A stretch of 64,000 nucleotides of DNA from positions 1-64,000 of the IMG/VR virus record IMGVR_UViG_3300045988_143931; one strand, written 5' to 3'. This document shows positions 27,440 to 37,257 of the stretch, in pieces. The position numbers and the translations under genes were made by a program. The stretch is from a virus. Positions within the stretch are counted from its first letter, which is position 1. Each line of letters opens with the position of its first letter. Below the pieces are notes generated by a model. The model ran no database searches. It saw only the letters and a program-made list of their open reading frames with translations, and had not been told where the DNA came from.

Positions 27440-28318
27440 CTACCAAGTAATTCCTTCTGAGTTAGAAGGTGTAGTAACTGTATCTGTAACATTATTCTCT
27501 GCTTCACTAACAATAATATCTACAATCTCATTTGTAATACTATCCATAGTTACTCTTCTAAAGTGTGTATCATCAAGATACTTCTTGTAGGACTTCTCAA
27601 TTTCTTCTTCATCCCATCTGTGACCGTGATTTACATCTAAATGATAAATGTTAAACTTCTGAGAAGCCTCTTCGTATAAATCCTTAGTCTCTACATCAGA
27701 CTGAAGGTTATCACCTGTCACCTCTGATAAGCCATGACCTCTACTCTTAAATGGAAGATATGGATTTAACTGCTCATCACCCATTGTAATAATAATTCCT
27801 TTTCTTCCACGGTTTAAGCAATCAAGCTTTGTGTGACGAGAACCGAAATACCATGCTGCTGTGTAGGATTCATAACTATTTCCACCACCGCCAAATTCAA
27901 AATAAATCTTGTCAAGCTGTTCAGCAATACGAATATCTGACTCAAACTGTGAAGCCTGAATTGGATAGCTATCACAAGCTAAATCACCAATACCCATGAT
28001 AAGGAACTCAACATCTGTAACCTTTTCATATAACTTAGTCATAATTACATTTAACTTCTTTGCCACTTCAACGGCAGCCTGTCCCATAGAACCAGTTACA
28101 TCAAGTGCAAGAATAACAGGAATTGTGTTTGGATGTTCCTCTGTATCGCAACACTCTCTAATAACATTCTTAGGATCAAGTGCAGAATCAATATTTCTTG
28201 CCTTAAACATGTCCTGATTAGAATAAGAACCTCTAATCATACCATCCGTTGAAACACTCATACCCTTTGTTGTTGAATAACTTACATAACTATCTCTTGT
28301 CCATGAACCGCATCCCAT
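27440..28318 (-). CDS. von Willebrand factor A (VWA) domain protein
   Basis: MIDAS-like ILALDVTGSMG. Start at the ATG at 28318, after GGAGGAGG. Confidence 0.7.
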   Translation of the reverse strand: MGCGSWTRDSYVSYSTTKGMSVSTDGMIRGSYSNQDMFKARNIDSALDPKNVIRECCDTEEHPNTIPVILALDVTGSMGQAAVEVAKKLNVIMTKLYEKVTDVEFLIMGIGDLACDSYPIQASQFESDIRIAEQLDKIYFEFGGGGNSYESYTAAWYFGSRHTKLDCLNRGRKGIIITMGDEQLNPYLPFKSRGHGLSEVTGDNLQSDVETKDLYEEASQKFNIYHLDVNHGHRWDEEEIEKSYKKYLDDTHFRRVTMDSITNEIVDIIVSEAENNVTDTVTTPSNSEGITW

Positions 28319-28319
28319 A

Positions 28320-28937
28320 TTATGCCTCCTCCTCTTCATCTACTTCTGTATCATCGTCATCATTGCTACTCATATCAAAGTCGAACATTCCGTCAAACAT
28401 ATCACCCATATTTCCACCCATCATCATAAGTGGTAACATAGAACTCATTCCACCATTGCCATTCATCATGCCAGCAGAACCATTATCACTTTTCATCATC
28501 TGAGAAAGCATCATGTACTTAAAGATATTATTTGTACCTTTCTTACCTTTAATAACATCACTTCCAAACATCGAAACAATCTTTCCATAAAAATATGTAT
28601 TGCCCATAAATACATGTCTTTCAGGAAGCACGGTTTCAATTGTTGAGTCCTCATAATTGATTACTGTAATCTTTGTCTTATCGGCTTCAATAACACATCT
28701 TGGCTTACCATTTACAAGAATGATGTCACCCTTCTCTACCTTATTAGTTGGAATAATAAAGAAGAATTCCTCTCCAATATCAAATACAAAGTTACTACAG
28801 TTTGTGAGCTTGCCAGTCTTGATGTTATATGTCTTATAACCACCATTTGTCTTAACTGCAATTCCACCATTCATAGAAAGTCTACACATTCCACTTCCTA
28901 CCTTACCAAACATGCCATTTAAAAAATTGTTCATCAT
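28320..28937 (-). CDS. Hypothetical protein with a Gly/Met-rich segment and an acidic tail
   Basis: ORF track. SD TAGGAGG. Confidence 0.6.
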   Translation of the reverse strand: MMNNFLNGMFGKVGSGMCRLSMNGGIAVKTNGGYKTYNIKTGKLTNCSNFVFDIGEEFFFIIPTNKVEKGDIILVNGKPRCVIEADKTKITVINYEDSTIETVLPERHVFMGNTYFYGKIVSMFGSDVIKGKKGTNNIFKYMMLSQMMKSDNGSAGMMNGNGGMSSMLPLMMMGGNMGDMFDGMFDFDMSSNDDDDTEVDEEEEA

Positions 28938-28979
28938 ATTTATTTCCTCCTATGATATAAAATTATTGTTTACAATTAC

Positions 28980-29270
28980 TTATTCTCTTAACTGCGACAT
29001 TCTCATCAATTCTTCTTTGTCTGCTTCTGATAATGTCAATCCTGCTTTAATCCAAGCCTCTGTCTGTTCATCAATTTTCTTCTTATATCCACCTTGAATT
29101 ATCCCATTTTCACTTAGCAACCTCTTACAATTCTCATACTGAATATCATTTGTCTCATGTGCATTTCTAAGATTACTTTCTAAGCAGCGAATAATATCAA
29201 TCAGCTCATCTTTTGTCATAGACTTTAATGTACTATCTGAATATGTTCTTCTTCCATCACCTATCGCCAT
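28980..29270 (-). CDS. Hypothetical protein
   Basis: ORF track. ATG at 29270 chosen. Confidence 0.5.
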   Translation of the reverse strand: MAIGDGRRTYSDSTLKSMTKDELIDIIRCLESNLRNAHETNDIQYENCKRLLSENGIIQGGYKKKIDEQTEAWIKAGLTLSEADKEELMRMSQLRE

Positions 29271-29460
29271 GTTCAACCTGCTTAAACAATCTAGCTGGAA
29301 ATTCGTCTATATCGCCATCTTTATAAGCCTGTTCTTCACCAACCCAAACAATTTCAATTTTATTAGGATTAAAATTTGATCTACCAATAAAATAAGCCTT
29401 CTTACCTTTTTTATAAAATGTTGTATCCTCAATTAATTCAATAATATCTCCTCTTTTCAT
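29257..29460 (-). CDS. Hypothetical protein
   Basis: ORF track. SD CGGAGG. Confidence 0.6.
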   Translation of the reverse strand: MKRGDIIELIEDTTFYKKGKKAYFIGRSNFNPNKIEIVWVGEEQAYKDGDIDEFPARLFKQVEHGDR

Positions 29461-29507
29461 TCTTTTTCCTCCGATTTTTCATAATACTGTTTTATTAATT
29501 AGCTGTC

Positions 29508-29690
29508 CTATATAATTATTCTCCTATAACTATTTAAAACATCATTTATCTTATCAACTAATATTGTTGGATCACTTGACATACGACATACAAATTCATC
29601 ATTACAATAAACTTCATATACATCATCATATTCTGGTCTTCCCCAACAATCACATCCATTTACAACTTCAGTTTTCTCTATACGAAATAT
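29508..29690 (-). CDS. Hypothetical small protein with a putative ATA start
   Basis: The track's GTG at 29699 is part of the SD GGGAGGTGAT. ATA at 29690 lies 4 nt after it. Confidence 0.45.
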   Translation of the reverse strand: MFRIEKTEVVNGCDCWGRPEYDDVYEVYCNDEFVCRMSSDPTILVDKINDVLNSYRRIII

Positions 29691-29705
29691 ATTAATCACC
29701 TCCCA

Positions 29706-29725
29706 AGAAAGAAAAATTTCTTTCT
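29706..29725 (-). promoter_or_regulatory. Hairpin/palindrome AGAAAGAAA-AA-TTTCTTTCT
   Basis: Perfect 9-bp arms overlapping the stop codon of 29724..30362. Confidence 0.4.
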
Positions 29726-30362
29726 ATGATTCAAACTGATAATCTTTGTTACTTACAAATTTGTTAATTTTTCCATCTTTGAAAAATACAAATTCTGCAT
29801 AAAAATCATCTGTATTTTCTGACATTGCACACGAAACATATTCATCAGATTCCTCGTCATATTTTTCAAACCATCTCTCAACACCATCATCCACTGTTGT
29901 ATTTTTAAATACAAAATATGGAAATTCATTTTCATCAATTGATAAAATATCATTTGCTATTTCTGTAAATCTCTCAATGATATGTTCTCTTTTTAAAACG
30001 GGAACATTATCTTCTTCTGATACATCATAAGTATCATTTTGTTTTAAGAATTGCATAATAGAATCTGAAATAATTTGTTTGTCAGATGTATGAAAAATCT
30101 GTTGATTCGACATCTCCCAACAAACCCTATCAGGTGTGTTATCGCACTCATTAATGGATTTGTTAGTTCTTGTCCATACATCGTTCCCATCCATTCCAAT
30201 AATTCCCTTTTTAAAACCAAATGGTGTTTGAATGTAATCATGAATATATTTATCTGGTAAGACACTCCAAATTATAGGAGAAAACCACCATGAGTTTTTA
30301 TATTCAAATATCTCTTCTCCTGTATAATCTTTTCTTATTCCATAAATGCCACTGCTACTCAT
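29724..30362 (-). CDS. Hypothetical protein
   Basis: ORF track. SD AAAGGAG. Confidence 0.65.
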   Translation of the reverse strand: MSSSGIYGIRKDYTGEEIFEYKNSWWFSPIIWSVLPDKYIHDYIQTPFGFKKGIIGMDGNDVWTRTNKSINECDNTPDRVCWEMSNQQIFHTSDKQIISDSIMQFLKQNDTYDVSEEDNVPVLKREHIIERFTEIANDILSIDENEFPYFVFKNTTVDDGVERWFEKYDEESDEYVSCAMSENTDDFYAEFVFFKDGKINKFVSNKDYQFES

Positions 30363-30381
30363 TTGTTCTCCTTTCTTATCC

Positions 30382-31134
30382 TTAATCTAACCACCTATTA
30401 TCCAAATAGTAGAACCCAAATACCATTCCACCGATTAAAATAACCCAAAAGAACCAGAAAATAATAATTGGAAAATCAGATTCTAATCTTTCTATCGTCT
30501 CGTCAATAGTCGAATTATTATAAAATGATGTGTTATCAGAAATGGTTTTATCTCTCAAATCTGTAAAAATTGTTCCTTTATATTCAGTACCAACACCATA
30601 ATATTTATATCTTACATGACTCGACTCTTTAATTGTGTCAATATAATCAGTACCAGGTAAATTAATTTTATTACTTGTGAAATTTACTCCACAAAATGAT
30701 ACTTCTTTACACTTAATATTTTCACTTCCGACTCTATCCCAAGTCCAATATGTTTCTGTTGTATAATAAGTTTGTGATTTGCCATTAACAGTTCTTGTAT
30801 GAGCTACTTGTCTTGTATGCATTGTGTATCGCTCTTTGACTTTTTCTACATACATATATTCTCCACTAATTTCAGGATATGTAACTGCATCTACTGCTTT
30901 CAAATCACCATATACAAATGCATTACCAACATTTGTATCCATTCCATATTGGAACATTTCTTGACTTTCTATCTTAACAGCTTTGTTATAAATTTCATTT
31001 TTATCCATTTGGTGTTCTGAAATCTTAGAAGAAATCAGAATACCAAACAGAATCATAACTGCAATGATAGAAATACTAGCCAAGATTTCACGTTTTGTTA
31101 TTTCAAAATCGCCAAAATCAAAACCATATCTCAT
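30382..31134 (-). CDS. Membrane protein (N- and C-terminal TM segments) coupled to LemA
   Basis: TM stretches ILASISIIAVMILFGILI and IIIFWFFWVILIGGMVFGFY. Starts 4 nt after the LemA stop. Confidence 0.6.
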   Translation of the reverse strand: MRYGFDFGDFEITKREILASISIIAVMILFGILISSKISEHQMDKNEIYNKAVKIESQEMFQYGMDTNVGNAFVYGDLKAVDAVTYPEISGEYMYVEKVKERYTMHTRQVAHTRTVNGKSQTYYTTETYWTWDRVGSENIKCKEVSFCGVNFTSNKINLPGTDYIDTIKESSHVRYKYYGVGTEYKGTIFTDLRDKTISDNTSFYNNSTIDETIERLESDFPIIIFWFFWVILIGGMVFGFYYLDNRWLD

Positions 31135-31137
31135 ATA

Positions 31138-31689
31138 CTAATCCTCTTTAAACAAATCCTGTGGAGCATCAACTGGCGCATTGTAATCCAGATACTCATA
31201 TTCCTGCACTTCGTATCCAAGCAATCCAAGAAACTGTCTTGTAGGGAACTTTCTCACATATCGTTTGTATTCCTTAATCTGTTTATTGTAATTGCTGCGA
31301 TACTCTGCAATCATATTCTCTGTCATAGATAATTCATTCATAAGAGTCTTATAATTCTCATTGGACTTCAGCTCAGGATATGCTTCTGCAACTGCCGTAA
31401 TAGCTGTTGTTACATTCTCAATATCTCCTGTTGATCCACGACCATCCGCAACTGCTGTCAATGTATCAGCTTCATGTTTGTCATACTGTTTTACGCAATC
31501 AGCAAGGTTATACACAAGGTCAACTCTTCGCTTTTCCTGTACTTTAATATCTGATGATGCTGTATTTACCTGCTCCTCAAGTGCAATAGCTTTATTCTGC
31601 GAACTCTGTACACCAAATACAATCATCAAAATAACCGCTAATACTCCTACGCCAATAATTACTGGCACTTTCCAATTTGTGTTCTTCAT
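31138..31689 (-). CDS. lemA: LemA family protein
   Basis: N-terminal TM segment, then the LemA pattern ...EKRRVDLVYNL...YPELKSNENY...YNKQIKEYKRYVRKFP. Confidence 0.85.
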   Translation of the reverse strand: MKNTNWKVPVIIGVGVLAVILMIVFGVQSSQNKAIALEEQVNTASSDIKVQEKRRVDLVYNLADCVKQYDKHEADTLTAVADGRGSTGDIENVTTAITAVAEAYPELKSNENYKTLMNELSMTENMIAEYRSNYNKQIKEYKRYVRKFPTRQFLGLLGYEVQEYEYLDYNAPVDAPQDLFKED

Positions 31690-31805
31690 TTAAAATCTCC
31701 TTTATATGTAATATTTTTATTAGTTACACTGTAATATTCTCTTATTTGTTGGGATTCCCATAGCCGAATGGCTTAGATACGATTAAAAATTTTCCAAAGA
31801 AAGAT

Positions 31806-31823
31806 TGGTTTGCTTCGAAACCA
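31806..31823 (-). terminator. Candidate terminator hairpin TGGTTT-N6-AAACCA
   Basis: 6-bp stem immediately after the stop of 31824..32135, followed on the minus strand by AUCUUUCUUU. Confidence 0.35.
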
Positions 31824-32135
31824 CTACTTGCTCTTCTTTACAGAAGTATTATTAACTGATTTCTGAATGTTCTTCATAAGCTGAATATTATCGTTAATCA
31901 TAAGTGCTAACGCCTGATTCTCTGTAAAACCAACATTTACATATGCATCAAACATATTCTTCTTGGTTCTCGCCTGAATTGCAGGATATTCAGTATTCTC
32001 AGAATAATCCTTTGCAATAATCATGAGCTCCTTCAGGACATCATATACAGGCTCTTTATACTTTGTAATGTATGTCTTTACTACCTCTCCTAAACTTTCT
32101 GGGTTCTCTGCTAATAATCTTAAAATTGTTTCCAT
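31824..32135 (-). CDS. Hypothetical protein
   Basis: ORF track. SD AAAGGAG. Confidence 0.6.
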   Translation of the reverse strand: METILRLLAENPESLGEVVKTYITKYKEPVYDVLKELMIIAKDYSENTEYPAIQARTKKNMFDAYVNVGFTENQALALMINDNIQLMKNIQKSVNNTSVKKSK

Positions 32136-32163
32136 GTTTAATGTTCTCCTTTATAATTTTTTG

Positions 32164-32457
32164 TTATTCTCCAAACTCACAAGTGTCACATGTTGAAAAA
32201 TACTTATCGTGATCTATGCAGCATTGTGGTCTGTTATCGTCTTCATCAGTTTCTTCATTAAATTTAATATAAAATGGAGTACAATCACAGACCAATATTG
32301 ATGCGATTGACATTCCGTAAATAATGGCAGATTTACACTCTTGATTATCCTTGAATATTGAACAATTGACCATCTTGTTAAATTCTTCAGACCCAATGAA
32401 ATTCAATACTGTTTTCTGTAATTCGGTTGAATCAATTAGCTTTTTATAATCATCCAT
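32164..32457 (-). CDS. Hypothetical Cys-rich protein
   Basis: ORF track. SD AGAGG. Confidence 0.55.
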   Translation of the reverse strand: MDDYKKLIDSTELQKTVLNFIGSEEFNKMVNCSIFKDNQECKSAIIYGMSIASILVCDCTPFYIKFNEETDEDDNRPQCCIDHDKYFSTCDTCEFGE

Positions 32458-32505
32458 TTGATACCTCTTTTCTATAATCCAATGATATGTTGCTTTCCTG
32501 TGAAG

Positions 32506-33396
32506 TTACTCAGATATGATTTTCTGGAACATATCATCTACTGAATCCAATACGTCATATCTCTTATCAAATGCTGCCGTTGAACTTCTTGCAAATTTAC
32601 GCTCTACCATGTCTATAAAATAAGTGAAATTGCCATCATCGCCCATATAGAACTCATTCCATTCATCATCAGACATCAATCTTCTAACATTCAACTGGTC
32701 AATGGCAAGATTATCAAAGCTAACTACCTTAAATTTCTCAATAATATCTGCAAGATTTTCATATAGCCAATTCTGCTTTACAACAATGTTTTCATGATCT
32801 TCTGAATAAAAATCATCACCACGTCTTAAATGTTTATAACCAAGAATCAGCATCTTCAGATCATTATTCTCTAAAGCTTCTACATCCGATGGCTTTAATA
32901 CCCCGTTGATTACATGAATGACCGCATTTGGATATTTCTTAATAAGTTCAATAAATTTTTCTGTGGGATTTACAAGTGATACACCAAGACCATAGATAAG
33001 TTTTTCATCAACAAGCTTTTTAATAAGTTCTTGTTTTTTCTCAAAATGAATCTGATTTACAGTCATATTTGCAATGACTTTCTTCTCTTTGAGTTTTTCC
33101 AAGAATGGAATTAAATCAGGATGACTTGTAGCATCACCACCACCAATAGCAACTTCCTGATAAGGATGAAGTGTGTTAATGAATTTCTCATTCAAAATAT
33201 CTCCAAATTTTCCATCTGTTGTGCTACCTTCATGGCAGAATGGACATCCCATATCGCAAAAATTACAAATTTTTATATCCATATTCTCTGCAAAAGCTGG
33301 TACAAACTCATCATCTTCTGTTTCTCTGATCTTTGTTCCATCACTCAGAATAGTAGTGAAAAAGTTACCATTCTTATATCTTCCTAATAATTCCAT
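32506..33396 (-). CDS. Radical SAM enzyme
   Basis: CxxxCxxC cluster motif CDMGCPFCHEG near the N-terminus. SD TAGGAGG. Confidence 0.8.
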   Translation of the reverse strand: MELLGRYKNGNFFTTILSDGTKIRETEDDEFVPAFAENMDIKICNFCDMGCPFCHEGSTTDGKFGDILNEKFINTLHPYQEVAIGGGDATSHPDLIPFLEKLKEKKVIANMTVNQIHFEKKQELIKKLVDEKLIYGLGVSLVNPTEKFIELIKKYPNAVIHVINGVLKPSDVEALENNDLKMLILGYKHLRRGDDFYSEDHENIVVKQNWLYENLADIIEKFKVVSFDNLAIDQLNVRRLMSDDEWNEFYMGDDGNFTYFIDMVERKFARSSTAAFDKRYDVLDSVDDMFQKIISE

Positions 33397-33412
33397 TCTT
33401 AAATCCTCCTAA

Positions 33413-33796
33413 TTAATTGTAACCATAATATCCAAATGCATATACGGTCTCGCCATTTGCTCCTGTATAAGATTCTTCAAAAGTCTCATACTCTTCAGAA
33501 ACATTGTTCCAATATTCTTCAGAAGTACAATAATCTGATTCTGCTAAAACACGATTAAATTCATCGTCATTATTCCAATCTATGCCAGGATATTTTGGTG
33601 CTTTTGTTCTCCAATCCACTGCTTGTTTGAATTTTTCAATCATCTCTTCTTTTGTATACAGTTTGTGAGAACCCCATCTTTCTATGTACATATTCCCTTT
33701 TTCAAATTCATCATATTCTTTTTTGCTACACATTGTTAAACTATGTGTTGAACTGCTATTTGTTTCAAAAACTCCACGTCTAATCTGTCTCTTCAT
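33413..33796 (-). CDS. Hypothetical protein with N-terminal motif MKRQIRRGVFETNSSSTHSL (short paralogue)
   Basis: The first ~20 aa are nearly identical to 33800..34531, then the sequences diverge. SD GGAGG. Confidence 0.65.
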   Translation of the reverse strand: MKRQIRRGVFETNSSSTHSLTMCSKKEYDEFEKGNMYIERWGSHKLYTKEEMIEKFKQAVDWRTKAPKYPGIDWNNDDEFNRVLAESDYCTSEEYWNNVSEEYETFEESYTGANGETVYAFGYYGYN

Positions 33797-33799
33797 ATT

Positions 33800-34531
33800 T
33801 TAATCCTCCATTCCATAATCATCTCTTGGATACTCATGATCAATAGCATCCATATTTACTAATCCTGCTTTCTTCATATCTGACCAATAACAATATTCGT
33901 CACCATCCTGAATAACAACATACTTCTTATTTATCAGATATTCTTCTAATGATATATTCTCTTTTTTGAGGAATCCACTAAGCATATCTTCATCAACATA
34001 CCCTGTATATGGCTTATCAAAATGAAAATATCCATTATCTCCCTCCCAATATTCGATTGTATCAATTTTCCAATCTTTTTCTTTCTGTTCAAGCCACTCA
34101 TTAAGTTCATCCTCTGTCTTACCATACTTTTGTGCATATTCACTATCTTTATTCTCTGGATGATTTTTATCAGCGATTGAATCTGAAATCATAGGAATGA
34201 CAATCTTTTTAAGACCAGGAACATATTTTAATGCAAGTGTTTCAAGTTTCTTATAATTCTCATCATTATATTCATGCACTAATGAAGCACAAGCATACAA
34301 CCATTTATCATGAAAGTTACCCAAAGCTCTAAATGGACTTCTGCCAAATTCCATATCATGATCCCAAATATGCCATTCGCAATCCTTTTCACCAGTTTCT
34401 TTGTCATCCCACAAATAAAAATCCTTAGAAATCTCGTCTGGCGTATAATGTTCATCGTTTTTCATGATACAAAGTGAATGCTGACTTGATGAATTTGTCT
34501 CGAAAACACCTCTACGAATCTGTCTTTTCAA
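33800..34531 (-). CDS. Hypothetical protein with N-terminal motif MKRQIRRGVFETNSSSQHSL (long paralogue)
   Basis: TTG start 9 nt after AAGGAGGT. AGAGAATATA box at 34556. Confidence 0.65.
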   Translation of the reverse strand: MKRQIRRGVFETNSSSQHSLCIMKNDEHYTPDEISKDFYLWDDKETGEKDCEWHIWDHDMEFGRSPFRALGNFHDKWLYACASLVHEYNDENYKKLETLALKYVPGLKKIVIPMISDSIADKNHPENKDSEYAQKYGKTEDELNEWLEQKEKDWKIDTIEYWEGDNGYFHFDKPYTGYVDEDMLSGFLKKENISLEEYLINKKYVVIQDGDEYCYWSDMKKAGLVNMDAIDHEYPRDDYGMED

Positions 34532-34597
34532 TTTTGTTTACCTCCTTGTTTTTATATTCTCTCTTTGTAACCAAATGAAACCTGAATTTACTTACCT

Positions 34598-34873
34598 CTA
34601 CTTTCTATTAATCCATTCCTTAAACTTATTAAAATCATCTTTTGTAAACACAATATCCGAATAATAAAAATCCTTATTCCTAATAATCGCCCAAATTTTC
34701 TTCAACTTTTCAAAGAATGGTCTTTGCTGAGTATAAAAATTGCCATTCGTATAGGTCAAAAAAGCGTAATCTCCATCTTCATAATCGGCGATTTTAAAAT
34801 GGATACCCTCATCACAACCGCATTTACAGCTTACAATCAACTCATCATCTTTAAAATTCTTAAACATTGCCAT
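34598..34873 (-). CDS. Hypothetical protein
   Basis: ORF track. SD AAGGAG. Confidence 0.6.
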   Translation of the reverse strand: MAMFKNFKDDELIVSCKCGCDEGIHFKIADYEDGDYAFLTYTNGNFYTQQRPFFEKLKKIWAIIRNKDFYYSDIVFTKDDFNKFKEWINRK

Positions 34874-34884
34874 AATAATCTCCT

Positions 34885-35223
34885 TTACTTGCTGTTTCCA
34901 AGCCCAACCTTATAATCATCTTTCACATCAATAGTAACTTCTCGCTGGAATTTCCCTTCCTTGTCATACAAAGATAAGTAATATCTATTACCACGTTGTT
35001 CTAATACGACATCTTCATTCTCGAATAACTGAACTCGCTTCTGTTTCTGTACTGGTTTATTTTCTACTTTTAAGTTATTTATTGCCTCCTTTGAACCAAC
35101 AAGGATTGGTGATTTTAATTCTTCAAGGATACACCTAATATCATCATCAAGATTGCCATATCTGTTTGTGTGCCTATCAACTGCTTTAATAACATCATTC
35201 TCAAGTAATAATCTGTTTCCCAT
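34885..35223 (-). CDS. Hypothetical protein
   Basis: Start moved to the ATG at 35223, after AAAGGAG. Confidence 0.6.
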   Translation of the reverse strand: MGNRLLLENDVIKAVDRHTNRYGNLDDDIRCILEELKSPILVGSKEAINNLKVENKPVQKQKRVQLFENEDVVLEQRGNRYYLSLYDKEGKFQREVTIDVKDDYKVGLGNSK

Positions 35224-35224
35224 T

Positions 35225-35689
35225 TTAATATTCTCCTTTCCACTCTCCCAACTCATAAAAATCATTAATCTGGTCATCTAATTTTCTAACTTGCTTTCTT
35301 AAATCATACTCTTCTTTCTTACTATCTGTTCTCTGACACTTCTTCCGTAATTCAATACGCTGCTTAGTCAGTTCATCATACTTTTCAGATACATCAATCT
35401 CATCTACGACTTCAATCCCAATCTTCTCACCACAGTGCGGACAAAACTGAATTGGATAGTTGTCTGTCTGTACAAATTCGTCTTCATATGATGTAATAAC
35501 TTCTGTATATGAAGTACAGAATCTCGGAATATATCTTTCATCATCCCAACAATCATCACTATAAATTAAATCTTCATCTGTGAAAATGATGGCTTTATCA
35601 TTCTGGATTTCATCACAGCAATGTTTAAATGGCTTGTACTTGTATGAATGTGTATCATTGAATTTTAACTTGATTAGCTCTATCTTCAT
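35225..35689 (-). CDS. Hypothetical protein with a zinc-ribbon (CPHCG)
   Basis: Start moved to the ATG at 35689, after AGGAGAAT. Confidence 0.6.
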   Translation of the reverse strand: MKIELIKLKFNDTHSYKYKPFKHCCDEIQNDKAIIFTDEDLIYSDDCWDDERYIPRFCTSYTEVITSYEDEFVQTDNYPIQFCPHCGEKIGIEVVDEIDVSEKYDELTKQRIELRKKCQRTDSKKEEYDLRKQVRKLDDQINDFYELGEWKGEY

Positions 35690-35699
35690 ATTTATTCTC

Positions 35700-36173
35700 C
35701 TAGCTAAATTTCCACCAAAAATCATAAATTTTATGAATATGTTGATAACCTTTGTGTAATTCACCCTTATATCTGCGAATCGCTTTATTGGACTGTCGCT
35801 TCAAATAACTGCTTCTTTTACCTCTATACCATCTTTTATAATATGGTTTTGGATTTTCAACATATCCCAAACCTTTAATCAATATCTTATCTTTATATGT
35901 TACAGCATAAGGATATCTACACGACACTCTTTCTAAATATTTGAGATGATTTTGATGCCTTAAATATCTCTCACGCTTATTCATTCTCTTTTTCTTGGAA
36001 TGATTCTTATGCTTTTCTTCATCGTGTTCATACCAATCACTACAATGACCAAAAGAATAAACCTTGCCACCAACTTTATCGCACCAAACACAGTTCTCAA
36101 TATCTTCTTCGTCAATGTATGATTTATATTTTTCAAAGTCTTCATATCCATAAAGGCAATCTTTACATTTCAT
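35700..36173 (-). CDS. Cys-rich protein with a basic C-terminus
   Basis: CKDC...CVWC. SD AGAGGTGAT. Confidence 0.55.
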   Translation of the reverse strand: MKCKDCLYGYEDFEKYKSYIDEEDIENCVWCDKVGGKVYSFGHCSDWYEHDEEKHKNHSKKKRMNKRERYLRHQNHLKYLERVSCRYPYAVTYKDKILIKGLGYVENPKPYYKRWYRGKRSSYLKRQSNKAIRRYKGELHKGYQHIHKIYDFWWKFS

Positions 36174-36191
36174 CAAATCACCTCTTTTATT

Positions 36192-36368
36192 TTATTCTCC
36201 TAATTTCCTTCCACACCAAGGACAATACGAAATATATTCTTTCTGATGAACAAATCCATCGTCATATTCATCCCATTCAGAAGTTTCAATATCCAAATAA
36301 TATTCATTTGTCAGTGGATCAACATATATCTGATTGTCAGGTGAATCATAATTACAACGGTTACACAT
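36192..36368 (-). CDS. Small zinc-ribbon protein
   Basis: CNRC...CPWCG. ATG at 36368, after GAGG. Confidence 0.55.
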   Translation of the reverse strand: MCNRCNYDSPDNQIYVDPLTNEYYLDIETSEWDEYDDGFVHQKEYISYCPWCGRKLGE

Positions 36369-36372
36369 ACAC

Positions 36373-37257
36373 TTACCTCGCTCTATCACATTCGTTAAAA
36401 TCTAAAAGCATCTTATATTTATATTCTCCAAATCTTTCTTTCCAACGCTGCTTTGCTTTATCAGTATCCCAACTAAAAGGCATCATATGGTAATTGATGA
36501 GGAAACATGTATCTAAAACAACATCAGAATTAACATGATACATAGCTGTCATGTATTGATATGAACCGTAACAATGATGCTGATAATAATGAGCTATCCC
36601 ATCTTCATCAAATGTTTGTGTACTCAATTTGCCTAAATCGTGATACAAAGCACCTATTCTGAATCTTGCAGGATAAGCATATTTTGTAGAAAATAATCTT
36701 GATGCATATTTGCAGTGTTCAAATAAATTCATTGTATGATGCGGACTTTTCTGATCAAATCCTCTCATATCTGGAATATCATTTGGTTCGTAATCATTTA
36801 ATAAATTATGAATAATAATCTCATCGAATCCTTCCTCGTAGAACGGAATCTGAAATTTTCTAATCTGCTTATCCAACACAAAGTCAGGTACAGGATGTTC
36901 TCTATGTAGATTATCTTTTTTACACTGTTCAAATGGCTTTGGAATAATTACACATACTTTTCTGACATTTAAGCCATTTACTTTCATCATAATTGCTCTG
37001 CGAGATTTCATAGTCAGATTAGTCGCATCTGCGATTACATTCTTTTTATTCTCCAAATTCTTACGGATTCTATCATGAAAAATTTTGAATACTTCTTTAT
37101 TATGTTCTTGATTTTCGTAATTACCAGTCAATTCCTCACGAATTGCATCGGATGATACGATTATTGTATTTGGATTCTCATTGGCAATCTGAGTGGTAAT
37201 GGTTGACTTGCCACTACCACTCAAACCACACATAATATACAATGTAGGTTTATTCAT
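36373..37257 (-). CDS. P-loop polynucleotide kinase-like domain fused to an HD phosphohydrolase (RNA end-healing candidate)
   Basis: Walker A CGLSGSGKST with an AAA_33/PNK-like layout. C-terminal HD motif ALYHDLGK...YYQHH. Overlaps the RNA ligase gene by 8 nt. Confidence 0.7.
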   Translation of the reverse strand: MNKPTLYIMCGLSGSGKSTITTQIANENPNTIIVSSDAIREELTGNYENQEHNKEVFKIFHDRIRKNLENKKNVIADATNLTMKSRRAIMMKVNGLNVRKVCVIIPKPFEQCKKDNLHREHPVPDFVLDKQIRKFQIPFYEEGFDEIIIHNLLNDYEPNDIPDMRGFDQKSPHHTMNLFEHCKYASRLFSTKYAYPARFRIGALYHDLGKLSTQTFDEDGIAHYYQHHCYGSYQYMTAMYHVNSDVVLDTCFLINYHMMPFSWDTDKAKQRWKERFGEYKYKMLLDFNECDRAR

